Shown: positions 46,816 to 57,979, counted from the stretch's first letter. The stretch is DNA of 64,000 nt from an uncultured Phycisphaeraceae bacterium (GCA_964628245.1 CAZVMU010000007.1:66090-130089); one strand, 5' to 3'. The notes: generated by a model not told the origin, from the sequence alone. Numbers and translations: made by a program.

Positions 46816-48366
46816 ATGAACACGCACCACGCGACGCGGACGATGGGCAAGGCTTTGACCTTCTTCGGGACGGGCTTGGGAGTGCTGGCGATCGCGCTCC
46901 ATGGGGGGTGCGGATCGGGCCGCTCGAGCGGGGGGTCGGAGGGAACGGTCATCTCCCGAGTCGCGGCGGGGGTGCCCCTACTCGATGGCGACATCGCGGA
47001 CTGGCCGAGCGACAAGGTGCTGGCCGCGGATGCGAACTACGTGTACTTCCGCTTCACGGTGCAGGATCGTGAGTTCACGCTGCAGCGGGCGCCGCAGTCG
47101 GTGGTGATGTTTATTGATGCGGACGGGAGCGCTTCGACGGGCCTGCGGATGGGCGAGCCGGAGTTGACCGATCTGGGGATCGACTTGCAGGTCGAGTTCT
47201 CGCCTCGGACGCAGGATGGCGTGGGCGTGCAGGTCTTCGAGGTGCGGGCGGATGGCTCGCGTTCGCCGATTGGGGCCAACGACGCGGGAGTGGAGTTCTC
47301 ACCGACGTACGCGTCGGTGTGGTATGAGGGCCGGATCCGGCGGAACGCACGCGTGCTGGCGAACCTGCCCGAGGGCGGGATGCGGTCGGTCGGTCGCGCG
47401 GGGGTCTTCTTCGCGACGCTGACACCCGAGGCAACGCTCGATCAGTATTCCGACCCGTCGTTCGTGGAACTTCCACGGGCGAGCGCGACGTTCGAATCGG
47501 TCCGGCGCGACGTGCGGATCCCGCCCCAGGCGGCCAATAGCGTGCGAGTCGTCTCGTGGAACGTGCTGCGTTCCTCGCCTATGTCCAAGCCCGACGTCTT
47601 CAAGCGGATATTCGACGCGCTCAACCCCGACATCATTCTGGTGCAGGAATGGGAGGTCACCGACGCTCAGACGCTGCTGGACTATTTCCAGCGGAACACG
47701 CCGCTCGCGGGCGGGTGGCACGTCTTTTCCACGGAGACGGACATGTCCAAGGGGGGCGGCGTGGCGGTGATCAGCCGGTATCCGCTGGCGGGCGGGCCGG
47801 CGCTCCTGACGACGGCACCCAACAGCCAGGCCGGTCGCTCGGCGGACGTGCGATTCATCAGTGCCGTGGTCTCGGGGACGCCCTGCGGCGAGATCCTGGT
47901 GGGGAGCACGCACCTCAAGAGCGGCGGGAGCAAGGGGAGTTCCGAGGACCTTCGGCGCATGGCGGAGGCGGAGGCGATCAACGCGGCCTGGTCTGAGTTT
48001 GCCGCCTCGGGGAGGGCTCCCAAGGGTCGCGTGATCGCGGGCGACATGAACCTGGTCGGGTCGCGGCCGCCGCTGGAGATCCTCGCCTCGGGCCTCGATG
48101 CCGACGGGAGCGAGTTGTCGATGGCAAACGCGAAGGTGCTCGGCGACAACACGCTCTCGACGTGGTACCACAAGGCCGAGTCGTTCACGCCAGGGCGTCT
48201 GGATTACGTTCTTTTCTCGGATTCGAGCCTGATGGTCGCGGACGCGTTCGTGCTGGACACGCGTCGGCTGGCGGACGCCGCACTCATGGGCATCGGGCTG
48301 GACGTGTCGGACTCTGAGGTCAGCGATCACATGCCGGTTGTGGTGGACTTTGTGAACCGGCGGTAG
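46816..48366 (+). CDS. secreted endonuclease/exonuclease/phosphatase (EEP) family protein
   Basis: Signal/lipoprotein-like N-terminus (LGVLAIALHGGCG). EEP catalytic region (ILVQEWE..., GDMNLVGSRPP, SDHMPVVVDF). Confidence 0.75.
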   Translation: MNTHHATRTMGKALTFFGTGLGVLAIALHGGCGSGRSSGGSEGTVISRVAAGVPLLDGDIADWPSDKVLAADANYVYFRFTVQDREFTLQRAPQSVVMFIDADGSASTGLRMGEPELTDLGIDLQVEFSPRTQDGVGVQVFEVRADGSRSPIGANDAGVEFSPTYASVWYEGRIRRNARVLANLPEGGMRSVGRAGVFFATLTPEATLDQYSDPSFVELPRASATFESVRRDVRIPPQAANSVRVVSWNVLRSSPMSKPDVFKRIFDALNPDIILVQEWEVTDAQTLLDYFQRNTPLAGGWHVFSTETDMSKGGGVAVISRYPLAGGPALLTTAPNSQAGRSADVRFISAVVSGTPCGEILVGSTHLKSGGSKGSSEDLRRMAEAEAINAAWSEFAASGRAPKGRVIAGDMNLVGSRPPLEILASGLDADGSELSMANAKVLGDNTLSTWYHKAESFTPGRLDYVLFSDSSLMVADAFVLDTRRLADAALMGIGLDVSDSEVSDHMPVVVDFVNRR

Positions 48367-48369
48367 GCC

Positions 48370-48621
48370 TTAGGCAAAGGACGGCGGGATCGGTGTGGCC
48401 CGGCCATACTGCCCATAGGGCGAACTTGGCGCGGGGCGAGCCTCGGGTGATGCCGCGGGCTGGGCCGGCGGTGCCGGGGGCTGCTCGGGCTGGCGCGGGG
48501 CCGAGCGCGGCGCGTCGGCACCGGGCTTGTGCGACCGGCGGGCGCGCAACTGGTCGATGTTCTGATCCAGTTTGTTCAGGATCGCCTTGACTTGGTTGAA
48601 TGACTTCTCGGACGGTCCCAT
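48370..48621 (-). CDS. hypothetical small protein
   Basis: 83 aa. Helical-looking N-terminal 30 aa (MGPSEKSFNQVKAILNKLDQNIDQLRARR), then a Pro/Ala-rich tail. Weak support. Confidence 0.25.
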   Translation of the reverse strand: MGPSEKSFNQVKAILNKLDQNIDQLRARRSHKPGADAPRSAPRQPEQPPAPPAQPAASPEARPAPSSPYGQYGRATPIPPSFA

Positions 48622-48804
48622 GAGGCTGCTCCCCGGTTGATTGGCAGGCGTATCGGCGGGTTTTGCCGGGGGCTTTCGGACCGACAGAGTTTCGGGAGGC
48701 TTGTCGCGTGAACGGGTGCCGGGTGTGCGGGCTGTGAGGCTAGGACGCCCGGCCTACAGGACGAAACTCCAACCACCGCCCTGGGAACGGGTACGATGCC
48801 ACAT

Positions 48805-49932
<1,128 letters not shown>

Positions 49933-49937
49933 GAGGC

Positions 49938-50840
49938 GTGGCACGCATCATGGCAAAGAAGACGACCAAACCCGTCAAGTCAGGGAGCAAGGCCGCCGCA
50001 AGTTCGGCCCGTACAAAGGCCTCAGCAAGCGCCAAGGCGTCCGCGGGCGCACAGTCCTCGGCGAGTGCTCGTGGCGTTCGGACTGGAGCTGGCTCGGCCC
50101 CATCGCCACCAGCGGGATTGTCGCTCGCGGGTCGGCTCGACATGGCGAATGTGGCCGCCGCTCGCGAACTCTTCTGGAACAACATCATCCGAGAGATTCT
50201 GACGTCACTCTCGGTGCTGTCGGCGCGAATCGGGGCGCGCCGACCGTCGCCGACGACTGCTGCCGCCGCTCCGAAGACGCTCGCGGCAGAGTCCGGCGGC
50301 GTGGGGAGCGTGTTCGATGACGAGGATGATGACGACGACCTCGAGAACTCCGGCGGGCCGGTGCTGACGTCGATCACGAGCATGGCGGATTCGGCGAGCG
50401 ACGCGGACAAGGGTGAGGGTCAGGACCAGCGGACCCTCGCGACCAGACCGAGCGGGCCCGAGGCGCTCTTCGATGGACGGCTGGCCGTGATCACGACGCT
50501 CGGGCAGCGGATCCCGATCGCCGAGGTCAGCCCGGTCTTCGCGTGCGGCGTGCCGGGCCCTGGCGGGAAGCACTGGCTCTCGACGGCCATCGAGTGCACC
50601 GTCTTTGAGATCCGTACGCCCGCCGGCGAGGTCTTCACCCTTCCCGTGCACGAGATCCGAGCGTTCCATTCGCTGACAGATGAACTCATGCAGAAACTCG
50701 TCGAATCCTCTCGCGAGGAGGCCGGGGAAAAGGCCCAGGAGGCGCCCTTCGGCTTTGCGGCGTTCACGTCGCTCGCCCGTGGCTCGGAAGGATCGGGGGA
50801 GCCCGAGCACACGTACGAGCCAGGGTACTTTGGCGAGTAG
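49938..50840 (+). CDS. hypothetical protein with histone H1-like Lys/Ala-rich N-terminal tail
   Basis: N-terminus MARIMAKKTTKPVKSGSKAAASSARTKASASAKASAGAQ. The C-terminal half has a more globular composition. Confidence 0.45.
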   Translation: MARIMAKKTTKPVKSGSKAAASSARTKASASAKASAGAQSSASARGVRTGAGSAPSPPAGLSLAGRLDMANVAAARELFWNNIIREILTSLSVLSARIGARRPSPTTAAAAPKTLAAESGGVGSVFDDEDDDDDLENSGGPVLTSITSMADSASDADKGEGQDQRTLATRPSGPEALFDGRLAVITTLGQRIPIAEVSPVFACGVPGPGGKHWLSTAIECTVFEIRTPAGEVFTLPVHEIRAFHSLTDELMQKLVESSREEAGEKAQEAPFGFAAFTSLARGSEGSGEPEHTYEPGYFGE

Positions 50841-51032
50841 CGTGAGGTGTGCTCACGAGTGTGCCGAGCGGACCGATCAAACGGCTGTTGGCGTGGTGTT
50901 CGGGCGTTCCCCCGGCCTTCATTCTGGGACCGATTGGTCCACACGGTCTGGATGCCCAAACCGCGAAACCGGGTCCCGCAGATCGGCATCGGAACCTCGC
51001 GTCGCGGCTGGTCCATTTCCCTGGAGTTTCGC

Positions 51033-51848
51033 ATGGCACGAACGCTGGTCGCTATCCCGGTCTACAACGAGGCGAAGTATGTCCGGCGCGTGCTCGATCG
51101 CGTGCTCTCCTTTGCCCAGCATGTCCTGGTGATCGACGACGGCTCGACCGACGACACTCCCCATTTTCTCGCCGACGCTCCGGTCGACATGATCCGGCAC
51201 GTGCGGAATCGCGGGTATGGGCGGGCGATGCGTGACTCCTTCCGCTGGGCGATCACCGAGGGGTACGACTGGCTCATCACCATGGATTGTGACGAGCAGC
51301 ACGAGCCCGAGTCGATCCCGCACTTCATCAAGGCCGCGGCACGCCTCGACGTGGATGTCATCAGCGGTTCGCGGTATATGGACCATGACGCCAACGGTCA
51401 TGAAGTATCGGCGGCGCCCGCGGATCGTCGCGCGATCAATCGGACGATCACGGAAGAGATTAACGATCGATTCGCGGGGCGATTCGGCACGCGAATCACC
51501 GACGCGTTCTGCGGGTTCAAGGCGTACCGCGTCGAGGCGCTTCGGTCGCTCCGCCCGAGCGTGAGCGGGTATGCCTTTCCGATGCAGTTCTGGGTGCAGG
51601 CGGCGGCGCGAGGGCTTCGCGTCGCGGAACTCCCGGTGAGTCTCATCTACAACGACCCGAACCGGACATTCGGCGAGGTGCTGGACAATCCGGAGATTCG
51701 GCTCGCGCACTATCGCCAGGTGATGCACCGCGAGATCTGTCGACAGGCCGACCATTTGCCGCAGGAGGCCCTGGTGGGGCTGGATATCTGCGGGAAGCGC
51801 GTGGTCTCGCGTGGTGCGGCGGCACTGATCGCCGACGAGAAGGCCTGA
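51033..51848 (+). CDS. family 2 glycosyltransferase (dolichyl/polyprenyl-phosphate sugar transferase-like)
   Basis: MARTLVAIPVYNEAKYV...VLVIDDGSTDDT...DCDEQHEP: GT-A fold DxD/DDGS motifs typical of GT2. Confidence 0.85.
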   Translation: MARTLVAIPVYNEAKYVRRVLDRVLSFAQHVLVIDDGSTDDTPHFLADAPVDMIRHVRNRGYGRAMRDSFRWAITEGYDWLITMDCDEQHEPESIPHFIKAAARLDVDVISGSRYMDHDANGHEVSAAPADRRAINRTITEEINDRFAGRFGTRITDAFCGFKAYRVEALRSLRPSVSGYAFPMQFWVQAAARGLRVAELPVSLIYNDPNRTFGEVLDNPEIRLAHYRQVMHREICRQADHLPQEALVGLDICGKRVVSRGAAALIADEKA

Positions 51849-51856
51849 GCACGTCC

Positions 51857-53296
51857 GTGCCGATGGCGTCCAATACTCCTGTCGTGCCCATCCACTCGAG
51901 GATTGAGAGCGTTCATCTGGCCCCGGAACGGGACCATTGGGCGTGCGCGCTCCGCGGTGAGCGCGGCGTAGTGCCTCCCCACATCGATGGCACCTCACGC
52001 GAGTTCCGAGAGGCTCTTGGTCTTCCAGTGGATCGCGCGATTGTGATGAGCGGGCACCAGCCGACGCTGTGGCACGCGGGGATCGCCGCAAAGTGGCTCG
52101 CGATCGGCGCGGCGGCGGAGGCGTGGAATGCCGCACCGGCATGGGTGGTCGTGGATCATGATGCCGTCGCGCCCTTGACGCTGGATGTGCCCACGATCGA
52201 CGGCGAAGGCACGGTGCGGCGTGTGCGGATGATGCCCGAGGCGTCGGGTGACGCCGGACGGCCGGCGTGCGATCGGCGGGCGATGACCACGCGGGGCGTG
52301 CGACTGCCGAGTGATGTGCCCGAAGGAGTTCGAGTGCGTGCGGAGCGGACGCTCGAGTTGATCGAGTCGCATTCGAATGCCACGAACGCGAGCGAACAGT
52401 CAACGGAGGTGATGGCGGAGTACCTGCGTGGGTTCTTCCCTTCGCCGACGATTGTGAGGGCGTCGGCGATCTTGAGTGCTTCGCCGGTGACGGGTGTGAT
52501 CGTGCACATGGCGCGCGAGGCCCGCGTGTGTGTGGAGGCCTACAACGCCGCGGCCGCGAGACATCGTCACACACGCATCCGCCCATTGCGGATCATGGGC
52601 GACGACGCCGAACTCCCGCTCTGGAAACTCGAGCACGGGGCCGAACGCCGGCCTGTGTTCGCGAGCGAGGTTCAGGCACTTCTGGATAATCCACGCGTGA
52701 GGCTGGCGCCACGGGCGTTGCTGCTGACGTATCTCCTCCGGCGGTTTGCCTGTGATTTCTTTGTGCATGGGACCGGCGGCGGCGGGACGAGCAGCGACCC
52801 GGGCGACGATGGATACGACGCGGTGATGCACGAGTGGATCGATGGATGGCTCGGAGACCACGCCGGGCTGGCGATGCTGGGCGTCGCCACCGCAACCGTG
52901 CGTCTCGATCTCCCTGTGGATGACGATGCCGAGCGCGTGGCGTGGCTCGCCCATGCGGCGCGGCACAATCCGGCGCTCGCCGACGCCGCGCAGAGCGCCC
53001 CGGCCCAGGAGGCGAAGTTCGATCGCGTGGGGCAGATCGCGCGAAGCACGGATCGAAACGAGCGGGCACGCTTGTATTATGCGATGCACGCGGATCTCGC
53101 CGAGTTTCGCTCCAGACACGCGGGGATCCTCGATGATCTGGACGCCCGCGCCAGGACACGGCACGCCACGGGGGCCTCGATCGCCAGGAGTCGAACGTGG
53201 AGCGTGCTGCTCCACGACCCGAAGGCAATCGTGGAACTCGGCGATCGACTCCGCTCATCGCTGACAAGTGGGACAGGCGTGGAGAGCCATCGATGA
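51857..53296 (+). CDS. hypothetical protein, possibly BshC-like (bacillithiol biosynthesis cysteine-adding enzyme family)
   Basis: N-terminal segment IVMSGHQPTLWHAGIAAKWLAIG...PAWVVVDHDAVAP resembles the BshC motifs GGQQaglltGPlytihK...ipifWvagEDHD by inspection only. Starts 9 nt after the GT2 stop. Confidence 0.45.
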   Translation: MPMASNTPVVPIHSRIESVHLAPERDHWACALRGERGVVPPHIDGTSREFREALGLPVDRAIVMSGHQPTLWHAGIAAKWLAIGAAAEAWNAAPAWVVVDHDAVAPLTLDVPTIDGEGTVRRVRMMPEASGDAGRPACDRRAMTTRGVRLPSDVPEGVRVRAERTLELIESHSNATNASEQSTEVMAEYLRGFFPSPTIVRASAILSASPVTGVIVHMAREARVCVEAYNAAAARHRHTRIRPLRIMGDDAELPLWKLEHGAERRPVFASEVQALLDNPRVRLAPRALLLTYLLRRFACDFFVHGTGGGGTSSDPGDDGYDAVMHEWIDGWLGDHAGLAMLGVATATVRLDLPVDDDAERVAWLAHAARHNPALADAAQSAPAQEAKFDRVGQIARSTDRNERARLYYAMHADLAEFRSRHAGILDDLDARARTRHATGASIARSRTWSVLLHDPKAIVELGDRLRSSLTSGTGVESHR

Positions 53297-54312
53297 TCGC
53301 CCGGATTGCACTGGCTCCATGCCTCAGCGACGTGACTCGACGGGTGACGTTTCCGGTCCTGATGTTGTCGGTTCTCGTGTGGTTGTGCGTTTTGATCGCC
53401 GCGTGCGGGAAGCATCCCACTGGATCGGCGAGTTCGAATGACACGGTACCACAGGACTCACACCCCGTTGAGAGCCATCCGCCGGTTCGAGTTGTCTCAC
53501 TCAGCCCGGCCGTCTCGGCAATTCTGCGAGATCTCGATCTGCAGGACCGCGTGGTGGGGCGATCGTCGTACGAGATCGCCCTGCCTCGATCGCTCGAGAT
53601 CTGTGGCGATCAGGCGGGGATCGACTATGAGGCCCTGCTCCGCGTGCATCCGACGCACATCATCACACAATGGGGGGCGCGGCCGTTGCCCGAGCGGCTT
53701 CGTGAACTCGCGGACGAGAACCACTGGACGCTGCTCGATGTCGGGCTTGTGCGGCTCGACGACATCCCGCGAGTCACGCTCGAACTCGCAACATGGCTCA
53801 CGCCCGAGGATCGCTCTCGCGCGAGGGCGCTGGTCGATCGCATGTCCAAAGCCTGGCGGCGGCGTGATGGACTGGAGGGCGTGGGGAAGATCCTTCTGCT
53901 CGCTTCGGTCGATCCTCCCGCGGCACTCGGGCCGGGTTCGTTCCATCACGATCTGCTCCTGAAACTCGGGGGCGTGCCGGCGCTCACCGAGGGGCTGGCG
54001 TATACACGTCTCGACCACGAGGATCTGGTGCGGCTCGCGCCCGACGCCATCGTGCTCATCTCGCCGCGTGGTCCGGACGAGCCTGCCGAGGACTCCCCCA
54101 CCGCCCTTGCATCCATGGGTCCAATCGCGCGTCTGGATCTCCCGGCTCTTCGATCCGGGCGCGTCGCGGTCGAGAGCGATCCGCTCTGCCACACGCCCAG
54201 CACGGCGATGATCGGTGTGGGCGAGCGACTCGCCGCGACACTGGAGGCGTGGCGCGACGCCCGGCGGAATGCGGCAGATGCCACGAACGCCGCGAATACC
54301 ATCCGCCCATGA
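53293..54312 (+). CDS. ABC transporter periplasmic substrate-binding lipoprotein (BtuF/FhuD-like class III SBP)
   Basis: Lipobox LIAACG. Class III SBP-like segment (VRVVSLSPAVSAILRDLDLQDRVVG...IITQWG). ATGA overlaps with both neighbouring genes. Confidence 0.65.
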   Translation: MIARIALAPCLSDVTRRVTFPVLMLSVLVWLCVLIAACGKHPTGSASSNDTVPQDSHPVESHPPVRVVSLSPAVSAILRDLDLQDRVVGRSSYEIALPRSLEICGDQAGIDYEALLRVHPTHIITQWGARPLPERLRELADENHWTLLDVGLVRLDDIPRVTLELATWLTPEDRSRARALVDRMSKAWRRRDGLEGVGKILLLASVDPPAALGPGSFHHDLLLKLGGVPALTEGLAYTRLDHEDLVRLAPDAIVLISPRGPDEPAEDSPTALASMGPIARLDLPALRSGRVAVESDPLCHTPSTAMIGVGERLAATLEAWRDARRNAADATNAANTIRP

Positions 54313-56225
54313 CGCACGGCACACCACCCGGCGGGCACGACCCCGTCGCGATCCTTGGCGATAGGTTTACACGCGCGATCCTCGTCGCCTTCCCGGAACT
54401 CTCGGGCGACATCGATCCATTGATCGTCGCGAGCAAGGCCGGCACCAAGAACGCCGCGACGGGCGACTTCCAATGCAACGCGGCGATGGGCCTCTCCAAG
54501 CGCGTCGGCAAGCCGCCCCGTGAGGTCGCAAAGGCGATCGTCTCGATGGTCGATGTGCGAGGCGTGGCCATGCCGCTGAGCGAGGCGTCGATCGGCGGGC
54601 CTGGGTTTATCAACATCACGCTCGACCCCGACGCGCTCTCGGCGATGCTCTCGGCCCTCGATTCGCCCTCGCTCGGCGTCGCAGCGGCGGAGCATCCGGA
54701 GCGGATCGTCGTCGATCTCTTCGGCGTGAACCTCGCCAAGCAGATGCACGTGGGGCACCTGCGCTCCCCCTTCATCGGCGACGCGATCGCGCGCACCCTC
54801 GAACGGCTCGGGCACACCGTCATCCGTCAGAATCACGTCGGCGACTGGGGCCTGCCCATCGCGATGGTGACCGCGCGCCTCATGCGCCAGCAGGAGCGCG
54901 GCGAGATCGATCTCAACACGCTCACGCTCGATGATCTCGATCGCAACTACAAACTCGCCCAGGCCGAGTGCCAGCGCGACATGGCGGGGCTGGAGTCGGC
55001 CAAGCGTTTCGGCATGGGCCCGAAGGCGATCGCGGAACTCGAGGCGCAGGTCGAGGGGGCGACCGAGTCGTTCACGCACGCTCGTCAGACGCTTGTCGCG
55101 CTCCAGCGCAAGGATCCCACGACCTTTGACGTGTGGCAGCGCATCGCGGATGTGACGATGTCGGTGTGTCTGAGCGTGGCGGAGCGATTGAACGTCAACG
55201 TCACAGCGGAGCACTCGGCGGGGGAGTCGAGTTATGCCGAGGAACTCCCGGGAGTGGTCGCGGACCTCGAGTCACGCGGTGTTGCGGAGGTCGATCAGGG
55301 CGCGCTCGTCGTGCGTCTGGAGGACCCGAAGTTCGGCGGGATCAAAGAGCCTTGCCTCATCCGCAAGACCGACGGCGGGTATCTTTATGCGACGACGGAT
55401 ATCGCCGCGATCCGTCGGCGTGTGCAGACCATGCGCGCGACGCGACTGATCTATGTGATCGACGCGAGACAGAATCTCCACCTGCGCCAGGTCTTTGGGG
55501 CGTCGGCCAGGGCGGGATACGCCACAATTCCGGGGACGGATCGCGTCGCGGTCATGGAGCATGCGGCCTTCGGCTCGGTGCTGGGCGAGGATGGCCGGCC
55601 GTTCAAGACCCGCACGGGCGAGAGCGTGAATCTGCAGTCGCTCATCGACGAGGCGGTCTCGCGGGCACGCGTCGCGGTGGAATCTCGAGCGGCAACCGCC
55701 GAGCCGCCGCTCACGCCCGACGAGATCTCACGCACGGCCGAGGCGATCGGCGTGACGGCGATGAAGTACGCCGACTTGTGCAACGATCGCGTGAAGGACT
55801 ATGTCTTCTCCTTCGATCGCATGCTCTCGTTCGAGGGGAACACCGGGCCGTATCTTCTCTATGCGCTGGTGCGGATCCGGAGCATTTTTCGCAAGGCTGC
55901 GGCACGCGGCGTGCACACGAGTCCGTCGAGTCTCGCCAAGACTGCGTTCATGACGGTCGAGCCGGCAGAAAAGGCCCTGGCCCTGGCGCTCCTGGGATAC
56001 TCCAGCGCCCTCGAGGGCGTGGCGGCATCGCTCGAGCCGCATCGACTCTGCACCTATCTCTTCACGCTCGCGGGAACGTTCAGCACGTTCTTCGACCAAT
56101 GCCCGGTGCTCGGTGCGCCCGACGAGGCCACACGATCGGCACGAATGAGGCTCTGCCACATGACGGCCCGAGTGCTGGAGGATGGGCTTGGCGTGCTGGG
56201 GATGCCGACGGTGGAGCGGATGTGA
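54309..56225 (+). CDS. argS: arginine--tRNA ligase
   Basis: Class I HIGH-type motif HVGHLRS. ArgRS anticodon-binding C-terminus. The start ATG overlaps the upstream stop (ATGA at 54309-54312). Confidence 0.9.
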   Translation: MTHGTPPGGHDPVAILGDRFTRAILVAFPELSGDIDPLIVASKAGTKNAATGDFQCNAAMGLSKRVGKPPREVAKAIVSMVDVRGVAMPLSEASIGGPGFINITLDPDALSAMLSALDSPSLGVAAAEHPERIVVDLFGVNLAKQMHVGHLRSPFIGDAIARTLERLGHTVIRQNHVGDWGLPIAMVTARLMRQQERGEIDLNTLTLDDLDRNYKLAQAECQRDMAGLESAKRFGMGPKAIAELEAQVEGATESFTHARQTLVALQRKDPTTFDVWQRIADVTMSVCLSVAERLNVNVTAEHSAGESSYAEELPGVVADLESRGVAEVDQGALVVRLEDPKFGGIKEPCLIRKTDGGYLYATTDIAAIRRRVQTMRATRLIYVIDARQNLHLRQVFGASARAGYATIPGTDRVAVMEHAAFGSVLGEDGRPFKTRTGESVNLQSLIDEAVSRARVAVESRAATAEPPLTPDEISRTAEAIGVTAMKYADLCNDRVKDYVFSFDRMLSFEGNTGPYLLYALVRIRSIFRKAAARGVHTSPSSLAKTAFMTVEPAEKALALALLGYSSALEGVAASLEPHRLCTYLFTLAGTFSTFFDQCPVLGAPDEATRSARMRLCHMTARVLEDGLGVLGMPTVERM

Positions 56226-56347
56226 AGCGATGTGCCGACGTGGTGCCGGGGTTTGTGCGTGAAGGTGCACTCGATCATTGCCGCGTTATATGAAGGATGG
56301 GGAGGAGTGGAATCCCCTCACGGAGCGTGGGGTACTCGAGTGTGTCC

Positions 56348-56382
56348 AATGAAAAACGGGCGGCGATTGCTCGCCACCCGTG
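56348..56382 (-). terminator. intrinsic terminator for the minus-strand PA14-domain gene (also closes convergent argS)
   Basis: On the minus strand: CGGGTGGCGA-gcaa-TCGCCGCCCG stem followed by TTTTTCAT. It lies about 25 nt downstream of the 56405 stop. Confidence 0.55.
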
Positions 56383-56404
56383 TGAGATATGCTCGGAACT
56401 GGGA

Positions 56405-57979
56405 TCAGTCGTAGAGGCCGGAGACGGGGGGGAGATCGACACTCTTCGCGGAGCGAAGGTGGACGTTGGTGCGGAGGGTGAAACCGGCGTTGTCGCCCCG
56501 CTGGGCGTAGAAGAGCTGGACGCGGACGGTCTTGTCGCCAAATTCCAATCGATCGAACTCGAGGAACTGCCCGCCGTTCCCGCCGCCGCTATTGCCGCTG
56601 GTGGTGCCGATGTCCATGACGAGCGTGCCGTCCACGAAGAGCCACGCGTCGCCATCGCCCGCGACCTCGATGAACTGCCCGCCGCACGCCTTGCAGTCCA
56701 TCTCGGCATCGATGACCATGGTGAAACCGCGGTTGTGCGAGGCGCCCATGTTGCCATAGAGCATGTCGTCGATGGGGTGGAGGTCGGGCGTCGAGTAGGA
56801 ATAGACCCCGGTCGCCTCGTCACGCATCATCTTCAGCGTGTGCTTGGCGGCGAGATTCTGCCCGCTGACGTTGGTGAACCACTGGGAGAAACTGTTGGGC
56901 GAAGTGATCGAGCCGTTGTTGGCGGCGCCGAGACGGGCGGCCGTGTCGCTGAGCGTGAGGCACCCGCTGGTTGTGCCCTCGGTCGTGGTGTTGAAGTAGG
57001 ACGGGTCGCTCGCGAGTTCGACGAGGACGACGAGGTCCTGGAGATCGAACGCGGAGTTGCTCTGGTTGGTGGTGTACAACTCGAAGAGATAGACAACCTG
57101 GTTGTCCTTCAGTTTGATCTTGCCCGAGGCGTCCGTCGTGGTGCTGAGCATCTGGGCGACCGAGGTCTGTGCGCCGAAGCCCGCGACCGTCGGGACCGTG
57201 TCGCCGTTGCGGAGCGCGATGACCTGAGCACTTCCGGCGCTCGAGTTCGCATCCATGAGCGTCTTCCACCCCGAGTCCACCGTGGAGGCCTGGTTGCCCG
57301 AGACAGGCTCCCAACTCTTGCCGTTCACAGCGACGTACGACCCGGGCTGGACCATCACCGGAAGGACCGTGTGCCGTGGGTTATTCTTGTCGTCGACGTT
57401 CCCCGTGGTCGGGCTGTTGTAGGGACCGAAGGGCTCAAAGTTCGAGCCATTCGCGACGATCTGCGTCGTGACGGGATAGACCAGACTCCCGCTATACAAC
57501 TCGGAGCCGATGACCGTGATCTTCGCCGCCATCGGTTCGTTCGCCACGACGCGGTCGCCCGAGATCGAGAACGAGGAGACGGCATGGGCCTTGACGGCGC
57601 CGGGCGGGATGGTTCGGCCCTTGGAGTCTCGCGCGGGCGAGTCCACGACCTTGCCGGCGCCGGTGTAGACCGGGGCGCCCGTGCCGTCGAGCGTCGTCGA
57701 GATGTTCCCCGCGGTGGGGCGCGCACCGGACATGACGACGGATTGGAAGTCGGGATTGTTCGCGCTGAAGTCGCGAACGACGGTGATCAGCGGATAACTG
57801 GCCGGGGGCGAGTTCTGGGCCGCAGCATTCTTGGGTCCGCGACCAGCGAAGAAGGCCGCCACGCCCGCGAGGGCGATGAGCGTCGCCGCGGCGGCTCGAC
57901 GATTCAGCCACGAGCACGTTCCATTCTTTTCCATCGACATCCTCCCAGAGTGAGCGACGTCGATGCGGGAAAGCGACAT
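56405..57979 (-). CDS. secreted PA14/fibro-slime domain protein
   Basis: Signal peptide. C-terminal PA14-like region (GDGDAWLFVDGTLVMDIGTTSGNSGGGNGGQFLEFDRLEFGDKTVRVQLFYAQRGDNAGFTLRTNV). Confidence 0.75.
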   Translation of the reverse strand: MSLSRIDVAHSGRMSMEKNGTCSWLNRRAAAATLIALAGVAAFFAGRGPKNAAAQNSPPASYPLITVVRDFSANNPDFQSVVMSGARPTAGNISTTLDGTGAPVYTGAGKVVDSPARDSKGRTIPPGAVKAHAVSSFSISGDRVVANEPMAAKITVIGSELYSGSLVYPVTTQIVANGSNFEPFGPYNSPTTGNVDDKNNPRHTVLPVMVQPGSYVAVNGKSWEPVSGNQASTVDSGWKTLMDANSSAGSAQVIALRNGDTVPTVAGFGAQTSVAQMLSTTTDASGKIKLKDNQVVYLFELYTTNQSNSAFDLQDLVVLVELASDPSYFNTTTEGTTSGCLTLSDTAARLGAANNGSITSPNSFSQWFTNVSGQNLAAKHTLKMMRDEATGVYSYSTPDLHPIDDMLYGNMGASHNRGFTMVIDAEMDCKACGGQFIEVAGDGDAWLFVDGTLVMDIGTTSGNSGGGNGGQFLEFDRLEFGDKTVRVQLFYAQRGDNAGFTLRTNVHLRSAKSVDLPPVSGLYD

